Position numbers and translations under genes: made by a program
The notes under the pieces: model-generated
What the model was told of the DNA's origin: nothing
Seen by the model: the letters and a program-made list of their open reading frames with translations, nothing else
Database searches by the model: none
In this document: piece by piece, positions 17,002-26,532 of the stretch
How the letters are laid out: every line of letters starts with the position of its first letter
Numbering within the stretch: position 1 is the stretch's first letter
Assembly (NCBI GenBank): GCA_965279515.1
Contig: CBDIID010000003.1
Location: forward strand, 160,001-224,000
Length of the DNA stretch: 64,000 nucleotides
Reading direction: 5' to 3'
From: Turneriella sp.
GTDB lineage: Bacteria; Spirochaetota; Leptospiria; Turneriellales; Turneriellaceae

Positions 17002-17922
17002 CTAATGGTGTTGGTGGATGTCCTCTTTACCGGTGCAGAATTCAATCGTGCTGTGGTAGATACCCTCGGCGGCGATGAGCTGGCGGATCTGCTTTTTCAT
17101 TTTACCGAGTGTGGTCAGGCTTTCTTTTCCGGTGATAATCACCTGCAGCGTGATGACATGGTTCTCGCCGTCGAGGGTCCAGGTGTGCAGATCTTCGACA
17201 GCTTTGACGCCTTTGAGCGTGCGGATCTTGCCTTCTAGCTCGGTGAGCTTCAGATGCTGCGGCACTTCGAGCAGCAGAATCTTCACAACGCTGCGCAGGT
17301 TCTTGAAGACATTAAAGAGGATAAAGACTGCAATGCCGAGTGAAATGAGCGGGTCCAAAAACGGCAAATTGAAGAAGATCATTAAAATACTGCTGATCAG
17401 TACGGCAATCCAACCCAAAACATCTTCGAGCAGGTGCAGGTAGACGGCACGTTCATTCAGGGAATGACCCGCTTTGACGCGTAACGCAGCAAAGCCGTTG
17501 ATCACGATACCGAGGATCGCCAGGAGGAGCATACCCTTGGCGTTGGCGGGCTGCGGGTTCATGAGCCTGACGGCCGATTCGCGGATGACCAGAGCCACGC
17601 CAATCAGCAGAACGCTGGAAACCACGAGGGCGCCCAGCAGGGAGAAACGTTTATAGCCATAGGAGTAATAGCGGTCACGGGGTTTTTGCGATACCTTTTG
17701 CAGGTACCAGGCGACGCCCAGGGAGAGGGCATCCCCGAAGTCGTGCAGGGCATCGGAGAGAATGGCGACGCTGTTGGTGTAGAGCCCGCCGACGAGTTCG
17801 ATGATGGCGAAGGAGATATTGAGGAAGAGGGCAATCAGCAAATTCTGCGACGAGCGGTCGGCTCCGTGCGAGTGGCCGTGCCCGTGGCTATGGGAGTGTG
17901 TATGCTTATGACTGTGTCCCAT
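17002..17922 (-). CDS. czcD: Cation diffusion facilitator (Zn/Co/Cd efflux, CzcD-like)
   Basis: His-rich N-terminus, SDALHD, HLLEDVLG, DLHTW. Confidence 0.88.
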   Translation of the reverse strand: MGHSHKHTHSHSHGHGHSHGADRSSQNLLIALFLNISFAIIELVGGLYTNSVAILSDALHDFGDALSLGVAWYLQKVSQKPRDRYYSYGYKRFSLLGALVVSSVLLIGVALVIRESAVRLMNPQPANAKGMLLLAILGIVINGFAALRVKAGHSLNERAVYLHLLEDVLGWIAVLISSILMIFFNLPFLDPLISLGIAVFILFNVFKNLRSVVKILLLEVPQHLKLTELEGKIRTLKGVKAVEDLHTWTLDGENHVITLQVIITGKESLTTLGKMKKQIRQLIAAEGIYHSTIEFCTGKEDIHQHH

Positions 17923-17991
17923 TATGGATAACAGCAGGGAAAAAAATTCCTTCAGCGCTGATGTAAAGACTGTTTTCTGAGTGCTGTAAGA

Positions 17992-18103
17992 ACCACTCCG
18001 CCCCTTTGGGGCACCCCTCCATAGGAGGGGAATTTTCATATGTAGATTGCCCCGAGGTTTCCCCTCCTGCGGAGGGGTGGCAGGCGCAGCCTGACGGGGT
18101 GGT
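17992..18103. repeat. REP/REPIN-like palindromic doublet
   Basis: accactccg...cccctcc-ggagggg...cccctcc-ggagggg...cggggtggt. Confidence 0.7.
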
Positions 18104-18117
18104 CTTGGTGGTCTAAC

Positions 18118-18690
18118 TCATTGCGCCAGCGCCCGCAGTTGATTTTCGAGATCTGTCAGGTAGCGCATATCGCGCGTCAGGCGGTAAAGCATCGCGCAGC
18201 CGGTATAGGCGATCATCATCTTACGGGCGACCTCTTCGGCTTCAGCCGCGTCAAAGCCGAATTCGAGCGCCACATCGTTTTGGAATTTTAACCAGCCGCG
18301 TTCGATCTCGATGAGGCGGCCTTCAAAAAAGGCGCGGTCCTTATCGGGAATCTCGCTGGCGAAGACGGAGAAGGGGCAGCCAAAGAATTTGTCCTTACGC
18401 GCCAGGTGTTTCAGCGAACGCACCCAGGAGACCATATAATCTTCAAATGTGTCGCTCCTCGCCTGCAGGCGGCTCAAGAACAAATGGAAGCCCTTTTGCT
18501 GCATCTCAAGGTAGGCTAAACCTAACTCGTTCTTGGATTTGAAATGGTAGTAGAGCGATGGTTTGGTTAGATTCGTGACCTTCGTGATCTGTTCCATGCC
18601 GGTATTGTTAAAACCCTGCGCATAGAAGAGTTGCCCCGCTTTGTTGAGGATCTTAATCCGCGTCGAGTTTTCGTCTGCAAATGAAAACAT
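18118..18690 (-). CDS. TetR/AcrR family regulator
   Basis: LFYAQGFNNTGMEQI...KPSLYYHFKSK helix-turn-helix. Confidence 0.9.
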   Translation of the reverse strand: MFSFADENSTRIKILNKAGQLFYAQGFNNTGMEQITKVTNLTKPSLYYHFKSKNELGLAYLEMQQKGFHLFLSRLQARSDTFEDYMVSWVRSLKHLARKDKFFGCPFSVFASEIPDKDRAFFEGRLIEIERGWLKFQNDVALEFGFDAAEAEEVARKMMIAYTGCAMLYRLTRDMRYLTDLENQLRALAQ

Positions 18691-18691
18691 A

Positions 18692-18720
18692 TTTACAATA
18701 TACCTAACGGTATGTATATG
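18692..18720 (+). promoter_or_regulatory. Sigma70-like promoter with a TetR-type palindrome in the spacer
   Basis: TTTACA-17 bp-TATATG; spacer contains ATACC-TAAC-GGTAT. Confidence 0.5.
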
Positions 18721-18757
18721 ATCAAGCATAAGTTAAATTTTCGCATGCGGAGGGAAA

Positions 18758-19456
18758 ATGGCAACAATGCAGGCTGAAATCTCGGGCAGCTTCTCAAAAC
18801 GCCTCGATGAGCGTGGTGATCTCGAGCTCTGGCTTTTGGGTACGGAGACCATCCCCGAGTTTAATGAGTTCTTGTGGAGAGTTTTTAACCAGGCGTTTAC
18901 GGACGGCACTTACCAGATTCCGCTGGCCGATATCGAAGCGCCCAGCGCCGAATATTTTCACCGTGCCCGGGTCTGCGGCGTGCGCCATAAGTCGGGCCAG
19001 CTGATTGGTACTTGGGGCCTCATTCTCAAGGATCTCAACGATCCCGGGTTTCTTCTGCCCATTGAGAAGCGCTACGGCATCAGCACGGAGAAAATTCTCG
19101 AAAAGATGAATGCGCCCGAGGCGAAATACGTCTTCAATGGCTGGCGCACGGCGGTGGATAAAGATGCGTTAGAGAAGTTCCAGATCGACCGCACCCAGTC
19201 GATTTTTGTCTTCGATTTCCTCTTGCGGGGCCTGACCATGGGCTTTGCCGACGAAGCGAGCCGCTATATCGGCGCAGCCGAAATGGAGATGCTGGTGCTG
19301 AAATACCACCGCCGCGTGGGTATTCCGTGGCAGATCATCGGCGAGCCGGTGAATTTCTGGAATCGCGACCGTTACCCCTGCGCCTTTCGCATGGGTGAGT
19401 ATAAAGAATATATGCGGACGTACCATCCGGAGCGGCATGATTTTCTGTATGGTTAA
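18758..19456 (+). CDS. Hypothetical protein, possibly acyltransferase fold (FeeM/LuxI-like)
   Basis: GGAGG RBS; GQLIGTWGL, LPIE, WRTAVD and YHRRVGIPWQIIG resemble GNAT-type acyl synthases. Confidence 0.5.
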   Translation: MATMQAEISGSFSKRLDERGDLELWLLGTETIPEFNEFLWRVFNQAFTDGTYQIPLADIEAPSAEYFHRARVCGVRHKSGQLIGTWGLILKDLNDPGFLLPIEKRYGISTEKILEKMNAPEAKYVFNGWRTAVDKDALEKFQIDRTQSIFVFDFLLRGLTMGFADEASRYIGAAEMEMLVLKYHRRVGIPWQIIGEPVNFWNRDRYPCAFRMGEYKEYMRTYHPERHDFLYG

Positions 19457-19461
19457 GCTTA

Positions 19462-19563
19462 ACCCCCTCCCGGCTTTGCCGTACTCCCCCTTAGCAGGGG
19501 GAGAGTTTGCTGAACCAAATTCCCCTCCTGTTAAGGAGGGGTGGCACGCAGTGCCGGGGTGGT
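19462..19563. repeat. REP/REPIN-like palindromic doublet, same family as 17992-18103
   Basis: ctccccct-agggggag...ttcccctcct-aggaggggtggca...cggggtggt. Confidence 0.7.
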
Positions 19564-19616
19564 AGGTGGAAAGAATTTCAGCTTTACAAACTCATTTTTT
19601 TCTCTAACCCAGTGGG

Positions 19617-21323
19617 ATGTCTCTCAGCCCCGAACAATATTTTCAGAAATTCCTGACATCCCCCCTGAGCGCCGCCGAAAAGGCTGAGCTCGAAAGCAAA
19701 AAAGCCGCCCTCATGGCCGAGCGCGCCTTCGAGGGCGAGCCTTCGTTTGGTACGGGGGGCATGCGCGCTGTGACGGGGCTCGGTACTAACCGGTTGAATC
19801 TAGCCAATATTGCGCGGCTCAACATTGCGCTTGCGGCGTATTTCAAAAAAAACAAGGCGGCACCACTTTGTGTTCTCGCCTATGATTCACGCCTGACTTC
19901 GGGTGCCTTCAGCCGCCTCAGCTACCATATCCTCAAAGCGCAGGGTTTGGCGGTTAAAATCTTTAAACGCCCGACGCCGACGCCGTTTCTCTCCTTTGCG
20001 GTGCGTGAGCTGAAAGCAGATTGTGGTGTGGTGCTGACCGCCTCGCATAACCCGCCGCAATATAATGGCTACAAAGCCTATGGTGCTGACGGCGGGCAGA
20101 TCATTTCACCCGTCGATAAAGATATTCAAAAGCTTTTTCTCGGCGTAGACTATGCTTCACTGCCCAGTGACCTTGCGGCTTTGGCTGAAAAGGCGATTCC
20201 TGCAGGCGATCTCATCGAAGAAGAGATTGTCGCCGCCTACTGGGCGCGCATTGAGAAAGAAATTTTCTACACGAAAAAACCCAAAAAATCCAAAATTCTT
20301 TACTCGCCACTGCACGGCACAGGCGGATGGATTTTTGAGAAGACTTTTAAACACCTGGGTTATGAAAATTTCCGTGTGCTGCCCGAGCAGGCAGAGCCCG
20401 ACGGCAATTTTCCCACGGTGAAATCGCCGAACCCCGAAGAGCCGTCGGCTTTTGAGCGCCTGCTTGCGGCTGCCGAAAGCGAACGGCCCGACCTGCTCGT
20501 GGCCACCGACCCGGACGCGGATCGCGTCGGTGCGATGGTTAAGAAACCGGTGGGCTACCACTTTCTTACTGGCAACCAGATTGGTTCTCTTCTTTTAGAG
20601 AGTATCGCACGCAAGAAGGCAAAGTCGCTGGCGAAACCCTTTATCTGCAAAACCATTGTCACGACGGAATTGCAGCGCCTGATCGCCGACTCGTACGGCA
20701 TTCAAACCGTCGAGACGCTGACCGGCTTTAAATATATCGCGGAGAAGGTGGCCGTCGATCCCGACAACTATCTGTTCGGCGGCGAAGAAAGTTTTGGTTA
20801 TCTGCCGGTTCACTGGGTGCGCGACAAAGACTCGCTGTCATCGGCTATCGCGTTGGCCGAACTTGCCGAAGACGTCGATCTCGCTAGCGCACTCGATGAG
20901 ATTTATCTGAAGCACGGGTTGTTCCATGAGCTCCTGCACAATATCGATCTGAGTAAAAATCCCGACCTGTTGCCGCAGGTAATGGGCAAATTTTCGGCGC
21001 CGCGAGAATTCGCGGCAGCGGCAAATTTTGGCCGCGAAATCGTCGATGTACTCGACCTCAGAAAATGTGCTCCGGAACCTGAAACCGAGGCTGCGCGCGT
21101 GCTCAAGAAACAGCTGGGTGAGGCGGATGTCATCCAGTTCTGGCTCAAGGATTTTTCGCGGCTGACCATCCGCCCTTCGGGCACCGAGCCGAAAGTGAAA
21201 GCCTACCTGAGCCTTATGGGGAAAAATAAACCTACGGCGGCGAGCCTTGCGGCTGATAAAGACGCGCTTAAGGCTGAAGCGGAAGGCATTCTCAGGAAAT
21301 TTCTCGCTGCACTCGGCGTGTAG
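19617..21323 (+). CDS. pgm: Phospho-sugar mutase (PGM/PMM)
   Basis: FGTGGMR, TASHNP, DPDADR, GEES, RPSGTEPK. Confidence 0.93.
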   Translation: MSLSPEQYFQKFLTSPLSAAEKAELESKKAALMAERAFEGEPSFGTGGMRAVTGLGTNRLNLANIARLNIALAAYFKKNKAAPLCVLAYDSRLTSGAFSRLSYHILKAQGLAVKIFKRPTPTPFLSFAVRELKADCGVVLTASHNPPQYNGYKAYGADGGQIISPVDKDIQKLFLGVDYASLPSDLAALAEKAIPAGDLIEEEIVAAYWARIEKEIFYTKKPKKSKILYSPLHGTGGWIFEKTFKHLGYENFRVLPEQAEPDGNFPTVKSPNPEEPSAFERLLAAAESERPDLLVATDPDADRVGAMVKKPVGYHFLTGNQIGSLLLESIARKKAKSLAKPFICKTIVTTELQRLIADSYGIQTVETLTGFKYIAEKVAVDPDNYLFGGEESFGYLPVHWVRDKDSLSSAIALAELAEDVDLASALDEIYLKHGLFHELLHNIDLSKNPDLLPQVMGKFSAPREFAAAANFGREIVDVLDLRKCAPEPETEAARVLKKQLGEADVIQFWLKDFSRLTIRPSGTEPKVKAYLSLMGKNKPTAASLAADKDALKAEAEGILRKFLAALGV

Positions 21324-21695
21324 TTAATAAGGCTTTTTCAGGCCGGGAAACATGGGGAAGTGTTTGAGATTTAAGGTATGGAGTTTCAGGTAATATAACT
21401 GAGCGGTTGCAGCAATAGCAGCATCGGGTAGTTCAACGGCATGAGATCTGTAATATTGCCTCATATAATCCCCGGCTAGTTCTGCAACTTCCGTATCGAA
21501 AGGCAGAATGCGGAAAGATTCCACGAACCTGCCGACTTTGATTTTTTGCTCCGCAGAGCGCACGCCGCCATACAGTTCGGCAACGCTGATCGACGAGATG
21601 GTTACGCCGTCACCCAGGGAGTCCGCAAAAATTTTCGCCTTTGTAATTCCGCGTAACTGATCAATGAGAATATTGGTGTCTAGAATGCAGTTCAA
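21324..21695 (-). CDS. vapC: VapC PIN-domain toxin
   Basis: LDTNILID, AELYGG, DAAIAATA, NLKHF. Confidence 0.92.
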   Translation of the reverse strand: MNCILDTNILIDQLRGITKAKIFADSLGDGVTISSISVAELYGGVRSAEQKIKVGRFVESFRILPFDTEVAELAGDYMRQYYRSHAVELPDAAIAATAQLYYLKLHTLNLKHFPMFPGLKKPY

Positions 21696-21928
21696 AACTT
21701 GCGCGTCCAGGTTTTTCTCATTGCCTCAAAATCAAAATCGTTGTCTTTCCAAATGCCGGCAACTTCATTCAACACCTTACGTCGGTTTTCTGCGGAGTAT
21801 CTCTTCAAGTGCTCGTCGATCGCCTCGCGGATAATCTCGCTGCGCTTTTTTTTAGTCTGGCGGCTGAGCTGCGTGAGCGCCTTATGTTCATTTTGTGTCA
21901 GGTATACCTGTGTGCGCTTCATCGCCAT
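21692..21928 (-). CDS. RHH/CopG antitoxin (VapB-type)
   Basis: MKRTQVYL...RSEIIREAID; overlaps the vapC start. Confidence 0.85.
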   Translation of the reverse strand: MAMKRTQVYLTQNEHKALTQLSRQTKKKRSEIIREAIDEHLKRYSAENRRKVLNEVAGIWKDNDFDFEAMRKTWTRKF

Positions 21929-21934
21929 ACCTAC

Positions 21935-21962
21935 ATGTATGTCGGCATATACATCATGTCAA
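21935..21962 (-). promoter_or_regulatory. vapBC promoter/operator
   Basis: TTGACA on the minus strand (21962-21957) and ATGTAT...ATACAT inverted repeat. Confidence 0.45.
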
Positions 21963-21996
21963 GACCGTTTGCCAGCTCGCGGCTTTTACGGCGCTT

Positions 21997-22790
21997 TTAG
22001 CGCTCGCTAGCCGCTTTGAGTATTTCATCCCAGATTGGGTCTTTAACGCGCGCGAATTTTTTCGCGTAACCATCACGGCGCTTTTTGACTTTTTCGACCT
22101 GAGAAGGTGTGTAGAGCCAGCCGGTTTCACCCGGCTCGAGCGGTTTGCAACCTTTGCTAAAGTTCATCACATTCGGTCGATCGCCCGAACCCTTGGCTGG
22201 CGGGCAGGAATGGCTGAGGCCAAAGGCATGGCCCAGCTCATGGAGAAATACGCGCTCGTCCTTGCGGAAGCGCTCCCAGTTAATTTGCGCGAACGGCATG
22301 CCGTTGATCTGGCCGCCATAAGAGAGTTTGTCTTTATCATGGTGTTTGATGAAGATGGTGATGCCCTGCGGCGCGCGCACCTTCGGGTCTTTACATTTCC
22401 AGTAATCGCCGTAACGCGTGTTCGTGCGGTTAACAATTGATTCGTAGATTTCGGGGCACGATGAGGTGCGGATGGTCTCGAGTGACGCAAAGGAACGGAC
22501 CTTAAAACGCGCCAAATGTTCACCGGTGGTGCCGGCGAATTTGCGGTTCAGAAGATCTTCAATTGGGCAAAACGTTCCGGTGTGGCCGCCGCAACGGCTT
22601 TTTCATGGTCGGTCATCAGTACAAAATGCAGAGAGAAAAGCGGCAGCTCCTTTTGGTCCACTGCTGACGTTTCGCCCTTAAATTCTCCCGAGGTTTCCAG
22701 TACCGGCGTGTTTTCGTTGCCGTCGTCGTCAGCAGTTAGGGGAAAGGCCGCCAGTACGGCGATCAGCAGCGGAAGGTATTTCAATCGCAT
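21997..22790 (-). pseudogene. Secreted zinc metalloprotease with a 1-nt frameshift near 22562
   Basis: Signal-peptide ORF 22790-22548 continues in another frame (IEDLLNRKFAG...) into an HELGHAFGLSH ORF. Confidence 0.7.
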
Positions 22791-22896
22791 CCACCCAGAT
22801 TTGAATAGAGCATGTCACCGCAATGATTTATCCGCACAACCCACAAAAAAATCTCAAAAAACTTGCCGCCGCGTCGACATATAGTATATTAAACTT

Positions 22897-22968
22897 ATGC
22901 CGATGGCAAGCGCCACTTCTAAATTCAATTCCTCACTCGGCATACTACAGCTATTGCCCCGACTATAA
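22897..22968 (+). CDS. Putative leu leader peptide MPMASATSKFNSSLGILQLLPRL
   Basis: 5 Leu codons in the last 10 (CTC, CTA, CTA, TTG, CTA), directly upstream of a hairpin and leuA. Confidence 0.6.
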   Translation: MPMASATSKFNSSLGILQLLPRL

Positions 22969-22998
22969 TCCGCAGATTGTAATAAGCAATCTGCCGGA
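22969..22998 (+). terminator. Attenuator-like hairpin before leuA
   Basis: tccgcagattg / caatctgccgga stem with a weak T-tract. Confidence 0.5.
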
Positions 22999-23028
22999 AT
23001 TTCCATAAAATTTTTGCTTGGAGGCAAT

Positions 23029-24729
23029 ATGAAAACTGAAATCGTTAATAAATATCAACCTTATAAACCCCTCGAATTACCTGACCGTACCTGGCCCAAT
23101 AAAACCATAACCAAGGCGCCACGCTGGTGCAGTGTCGATTTGCGCGACGGTAACCAGGCTTTGGTTTATCCCATGGATATTCCGGCCAAAGAAGACCTGT
23201 TCCGGTTACTGGTCGAGATTGGCTTTAAAGAAATCGAAGTGGGATTTCCCGCTGCGGCGGATGTGGAATACAATTTCCTGCGGCATCTTGTGGATAAAAA
23301 GATTATTCCCGACGATGTCACAGTACAGATTCTCACCCAGGCGCGCGAGCACCTGATCCGTAAAAGTTTCGAGGCATTGGCGGGTGTCAAAACCGCGATT
23401 GTCCACCTCTATAACTCCACGTCGACCTTGCAGCGCGATGTCGTGTTTGGCATGAGCCGTGAGCAGATCAAAAATCTCGCGGTTGAGGGTGTGAAGCTCG
23501 TGAAGCAGCTCGCGGTCGAATACCGCGCGAAAACCGGCACCGAGTTTTTTCTCGAATATTCTCCCGAAAGTTTTACCGGTACCGAAGTCGACTTTGCCGT
23601 CGAAATCTGTGCTGCCGTCATGGATGTCTGGGAGCCAACGGAGAAGAGTAAGGTGATCCTTAACTTACCGAGCACGGTCGAGATGACGAGCCCGAATCTC
23701 TATGCCGACCAAATCGAGTATTTTATCCGCAACATCAAGAACCGCGACCTGGCGGTGATTAGTTTGCACACGCATAATGACCGCGGCTGCGGTGTGGCGG
23801 CGTCAGAGCTCGCACTCATGGCAGGCGCCGACCGTGTTGAAGGTACACTCTTCGGCAACGGCGAGCGCACGGGTAACTGCGATCTCGTAACCGTGGCGCT
23901 CAATATGCTCACCCAAGGTGTGAATCCGAATCTCAATTTTTCTGACATCAACCGCGTCGCTGAAATCTACGAACGCACGACGCGCATGGGCATCCACGAG
24001 CGCCATCCGTATGTGGGTGAACTTGTCTTCACCGCGTTCTCGGGCTCGCACCAGGATGCGATCAATAAGGGTTTGGCCAAACTCAACGGAAAAGGTTCTG
24101 TTTGGGCGGTGCCGTATTTGCCGATTGATCCGCACGATATCGGCCGCACCTATGAGTCGATCATCCGTATCAATTCGCAATCCGGCAAGGGCGGTGTCGC
24201 CTATGTCATGGAACACGACTTTGGCTGCCGTTTGCCGAAGACGATGCATCCGGAGTTTGCGAAGGTCGTGCAGGTGATCGCCGAGAAGCAGGGTGGCGAA
24301 GTCATGCCGCAGGAAATCAATACCGCGTTTGAGAATGAATATTTAAAGAGGAAATCGCCCCTGGACCTTCAGGGCATCTCCGCCATCGAAGAAAAACCCG
24401 ATAGCGGAGAAGTGAAGATTTCGCTCAGTATCGCATCCGACAAAGCAGGCTTTCTGACGCAGGGAAATTCCGCGTATACAGGGCAGGGCAATGGGCCCTT
24501 GGATGCAGCGCGTGCGGCGATTATGGGTGCAACGGCAAGTAAGCCGAAATTCCAGATCAAAAACTACAGCGAGCATTCGCTGGGTGAAGGTTCGGATGCG
24601 CGCGCGATTGCCTATATTCAGATCGAGCGGGAAGATAAACAGACATTTTATGGTGTGGGTGTGAGCCCCAATATCTCGCGTGCTTCGATTGAGGCGCTCT
24701 TCAGTGCGGTGAATCGGGCATTCGCCTAA
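23029..24729 (+). CDS. leuA: 2-isopropylmalate synthase
   Basis: DLRDGNQAL, HTHNDRG, GNGERTGN, SGSHQDAI; GGAGG RBS. Confidence 0.96.
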   Translation: MKTEIVNKYQPYKPLELPDRTWPNKTITKAPRWCSVDLRDGNQALVYPMDIPAKEDLFRLLVEIGFKEIEVGFPAAADVEYNFLRHLVDKKIIPDDVTVQILTQAREHLIRKSFEALAGVKTAIVHLYNSTSTLQRDVVFGMSREQIKNLAVEGVKLVKQLAVEYRAKTGTEFFLEYSPESFTGTEVDFAVEICAAVMDVWEPTEKSKVILNLPSTVEMTSPNLYADQIEYFIRNIKNRDLAVISLHTHNDRGCGVAASELALMAGADRVEGTLFGNGERTGNCDLVTVALNMLTQGVNPNLNFSDINRVAEIYERTTRMGIHERHPYVGELVFTAFSGSHQDAINKGLAKLNGKGSVWAVPYLPIDPHDIGRTYESIIRINSQSGKGGVAYVMEHDFGCRLPKTMHPEFAKVVQVIAEKQGGEVMPQEINTAFENEYLKRKSPLDLQGISAIEEKPDSGEVKISLSIASDKAGFLTQGNSAYTGQGNGPLDAARAAIMGATASKPKFQIKNYSEHSLGEGSDARAIAYIQIEREDKQTFYGVGVSPNISRASIEALFSAVNRAFA

Positions 24730-24736
24730 AAAAAGA

Positions 24737-24761
24737 CTCCCCACCATGCGGGGAGGGGAGT
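24737..24761. terminator. GC hairpin after leuA
   Basis: actcccc/ggggagt stem preceded by an A-run. Confidence 0.4.
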
Positions 24762-25753
24762 TGAGCACATTGACTAAAATTGAACGGCTGGGCATTTTTT
24801 CTGCTTTTATCTGCACTCTCGGCGCACCGGATTTAGCAGCTATCCGTTGGGAACCAGGCACCGAAGATCGCCGCGGCAATAAATGGGATCTCATGGTGAC
24901 AGACCCCATCACCACGGACTCGTGCAACATGACGGCGAAAGGCCTTTTTGTTATACAGAATTTCACTCTTATTAACATTACCCGCGCGCGCTTTGACGGT
25001 GATGGCAAACCGCAGAAAATCGACGGTTCCGTAGCCGACCAGAACATGACCATCAATCACCAGGTGACTTACGGAATCACCGAAAGATGGGAAGTCGATG
25101 CGATACCTTTTCCGATCGTTATCAACGATAATACGCGCGAAGTGGATGGTCCGCGCCTCAGCATCGGCGACGCTTCGGCGTGGTCGAGGTACCTGCTTTA
25201 CGAACAAAGGATGGAAGCGCGCTGGATACCATCCCTGCTGTTTTTTACACAGATTAAGGTGCCGAGCGGCAGCGTCGATCTGGGCGATGCCACCGGCCGG
25301 CGTACTTTTGGCAACCTCATGACCGAAACGACAGTTGGCTTTAATACCATGTGGGAATTCCGCCCCGTGGTTATTAACCTCAACTTCTGGTATGATCGTA
25401 CTTTCGGGCCTTTTTTCCATGCCCCTTCCGGGGGTGTCTATGAAAGTGCCGGAGATATGGTACAGTTCAATGCTTCGGCCGAGTGGGTCGTGCGCGACTA
25501 TGCGGATGATTCTTCGGTGTTATTTGCTGAGGTGAACCAGATTTATCAGGGAAGATTTAAGGCATTTGGCGCTCCCACGGAGCAGCCGATAGTCTACTCC
25601 ATTCAGGGTACGGTTGGCTTTGCCGAGTTTATTGATAAGGATACCTTTCTGATGGTCTCACTTTCCGTGGTGCTCTACGGTCTCAACACCTATCAAAACT
25701 GGGGACCGTATTTGTCGGCGGGTAAAACCTTTGGTTTTGGTCGCTCCGGTTAG
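24746..25753 (+). CDS. Outer-membrane beta-barrel (MetA-pathway/transporter-like); true start may be ~24770
   Basis: Signal peptide, YGITERWEV, GD motif, KVPSG, terminal beta-strand. Confidence 0.55.
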   Translation: MRGGELSTLTKIERLGIFSAFICTLGAPDLAAIRWEPGTEDRRGNKWDLMVTDPITTDSCNMTAKGLFVIQNFTLINITRARFDGDGKPQKIDGSVADQNMTINHQVTYGITERWEVDAIPFPIVINDNTREVDGPRLSIGDASAWSRYLLYEQRMEARWIPSLLFFTQIKVPSGSVDLGDATGRRTFGNLMTETTVGFNTMWEFRPVVINLNFWYDRTFGPFFHAPSGGVYESAGDMVQFNASAEWVVRDYADDSSVLFAEVNQIYQGRFKAFGAPTEQPIVYSIQGTVGFAEFIDKDTFLMVSLSVVLYGLNTYQNWGPYLSAGKTFGFGRSG

Positions 25754-25768
25754 CCGAAACTCAAACCT

Positions 25769-26316
25769 TCAAAAAGCATAACCGATCGAGCCGCCGAGCC
25801 ACGGCAGGCGCCGCGATTCGACGCCCTGGCTGTCGATGCCCTGGAACATATAACAGGCGAAACGAACCACAAGGCCGCCTTCGCGGGGCAGCCAGGCAAA
25901 CGCGAAGCCCGCGACAGGGGTGAACGGTTGCCCCGTAACTGTGGCGCGCACTCCCGTGCGCTCTGTGCGCTCCGAGCCGATCATGAAATTACCGCCAAAA
26001 AGAATCTCGGCGTGGATGGGCCATGTCGTAAACGGCAGTTGCCAAATGGCGGAGAGCGTTACGGGATAATGTGAAAACTGGCGGTCTTGCCGCCAGCGTC
26101 TACAGGGGGGATTTCGGTATAACTATAACCGACATTGACCATGGCGCGTTCATGGAAGCGGTAACTACCGCGCAGCGAATACCAGATACCCTGGCCATAG
26201 GCTTCGCCACCAACAATAATGCGCGCGAGCTTAGGTTCGGCATCAGCCAGCAATGGTTGTGCTGCGATGGCTATAGTGGCTATGAAAGTGGCTAAAAGCC
26301 GGGAAAACATGGACAT
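25769..26316 (-). pseudogene. Small outer-membrane beta-barrel protein with a 1-nt frameshift near 26063
   Basis: ORF 26316-26059 joins frame VTLSAIWQLPF... and ORF 25984-25769 (ending GYAF) if one C is added to ATCCCGTA. Confidence 0.7.
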
Positions 26317-26352
26317 CCGGTAAGCCAGATGCGAAGTCAGAGGTCAAGAATT

Positions 26353-26426
26353 TGCGAAATACTGGATTCGAACCAGTGACCTCTTCCATGTCAAGGAAGC
26401 GCTCTAACCAACTGAGCTAATTCCGC
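26353..26426 (-). tRNA. tRNA-Val(GAC), CCA not encoded
   Basis: GCGGAAT acceptor stem, D-arm AGCTCAGTTGGTTAGAGC, anticodon arm CTTCC-TTGACAT-GGAAG, GGTTCGAATCC. Confidence 0.96.
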
Positions 26427-26532
26427 TTAATTTCCGCTTTCTGCGTACAGCAGAAATTGACTTTTAGACACTGTGTCAATGAGATTCAAAATCAGAATGA
26501 CAAAATAAACTCAAAACACAAGTCTACCCGCC

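Noticed and set aside
17923..18039. N-terminal extension of the CDF transporter in the ORF track
   Set aside because: It runs through the REP-like element; the His-rich start at 17922 is more plausible.
26340..26430. tRNA-Val as an integration site for an island
   Set aside because: No integrase nearby, and I found no duplicated tRNA 3' end.
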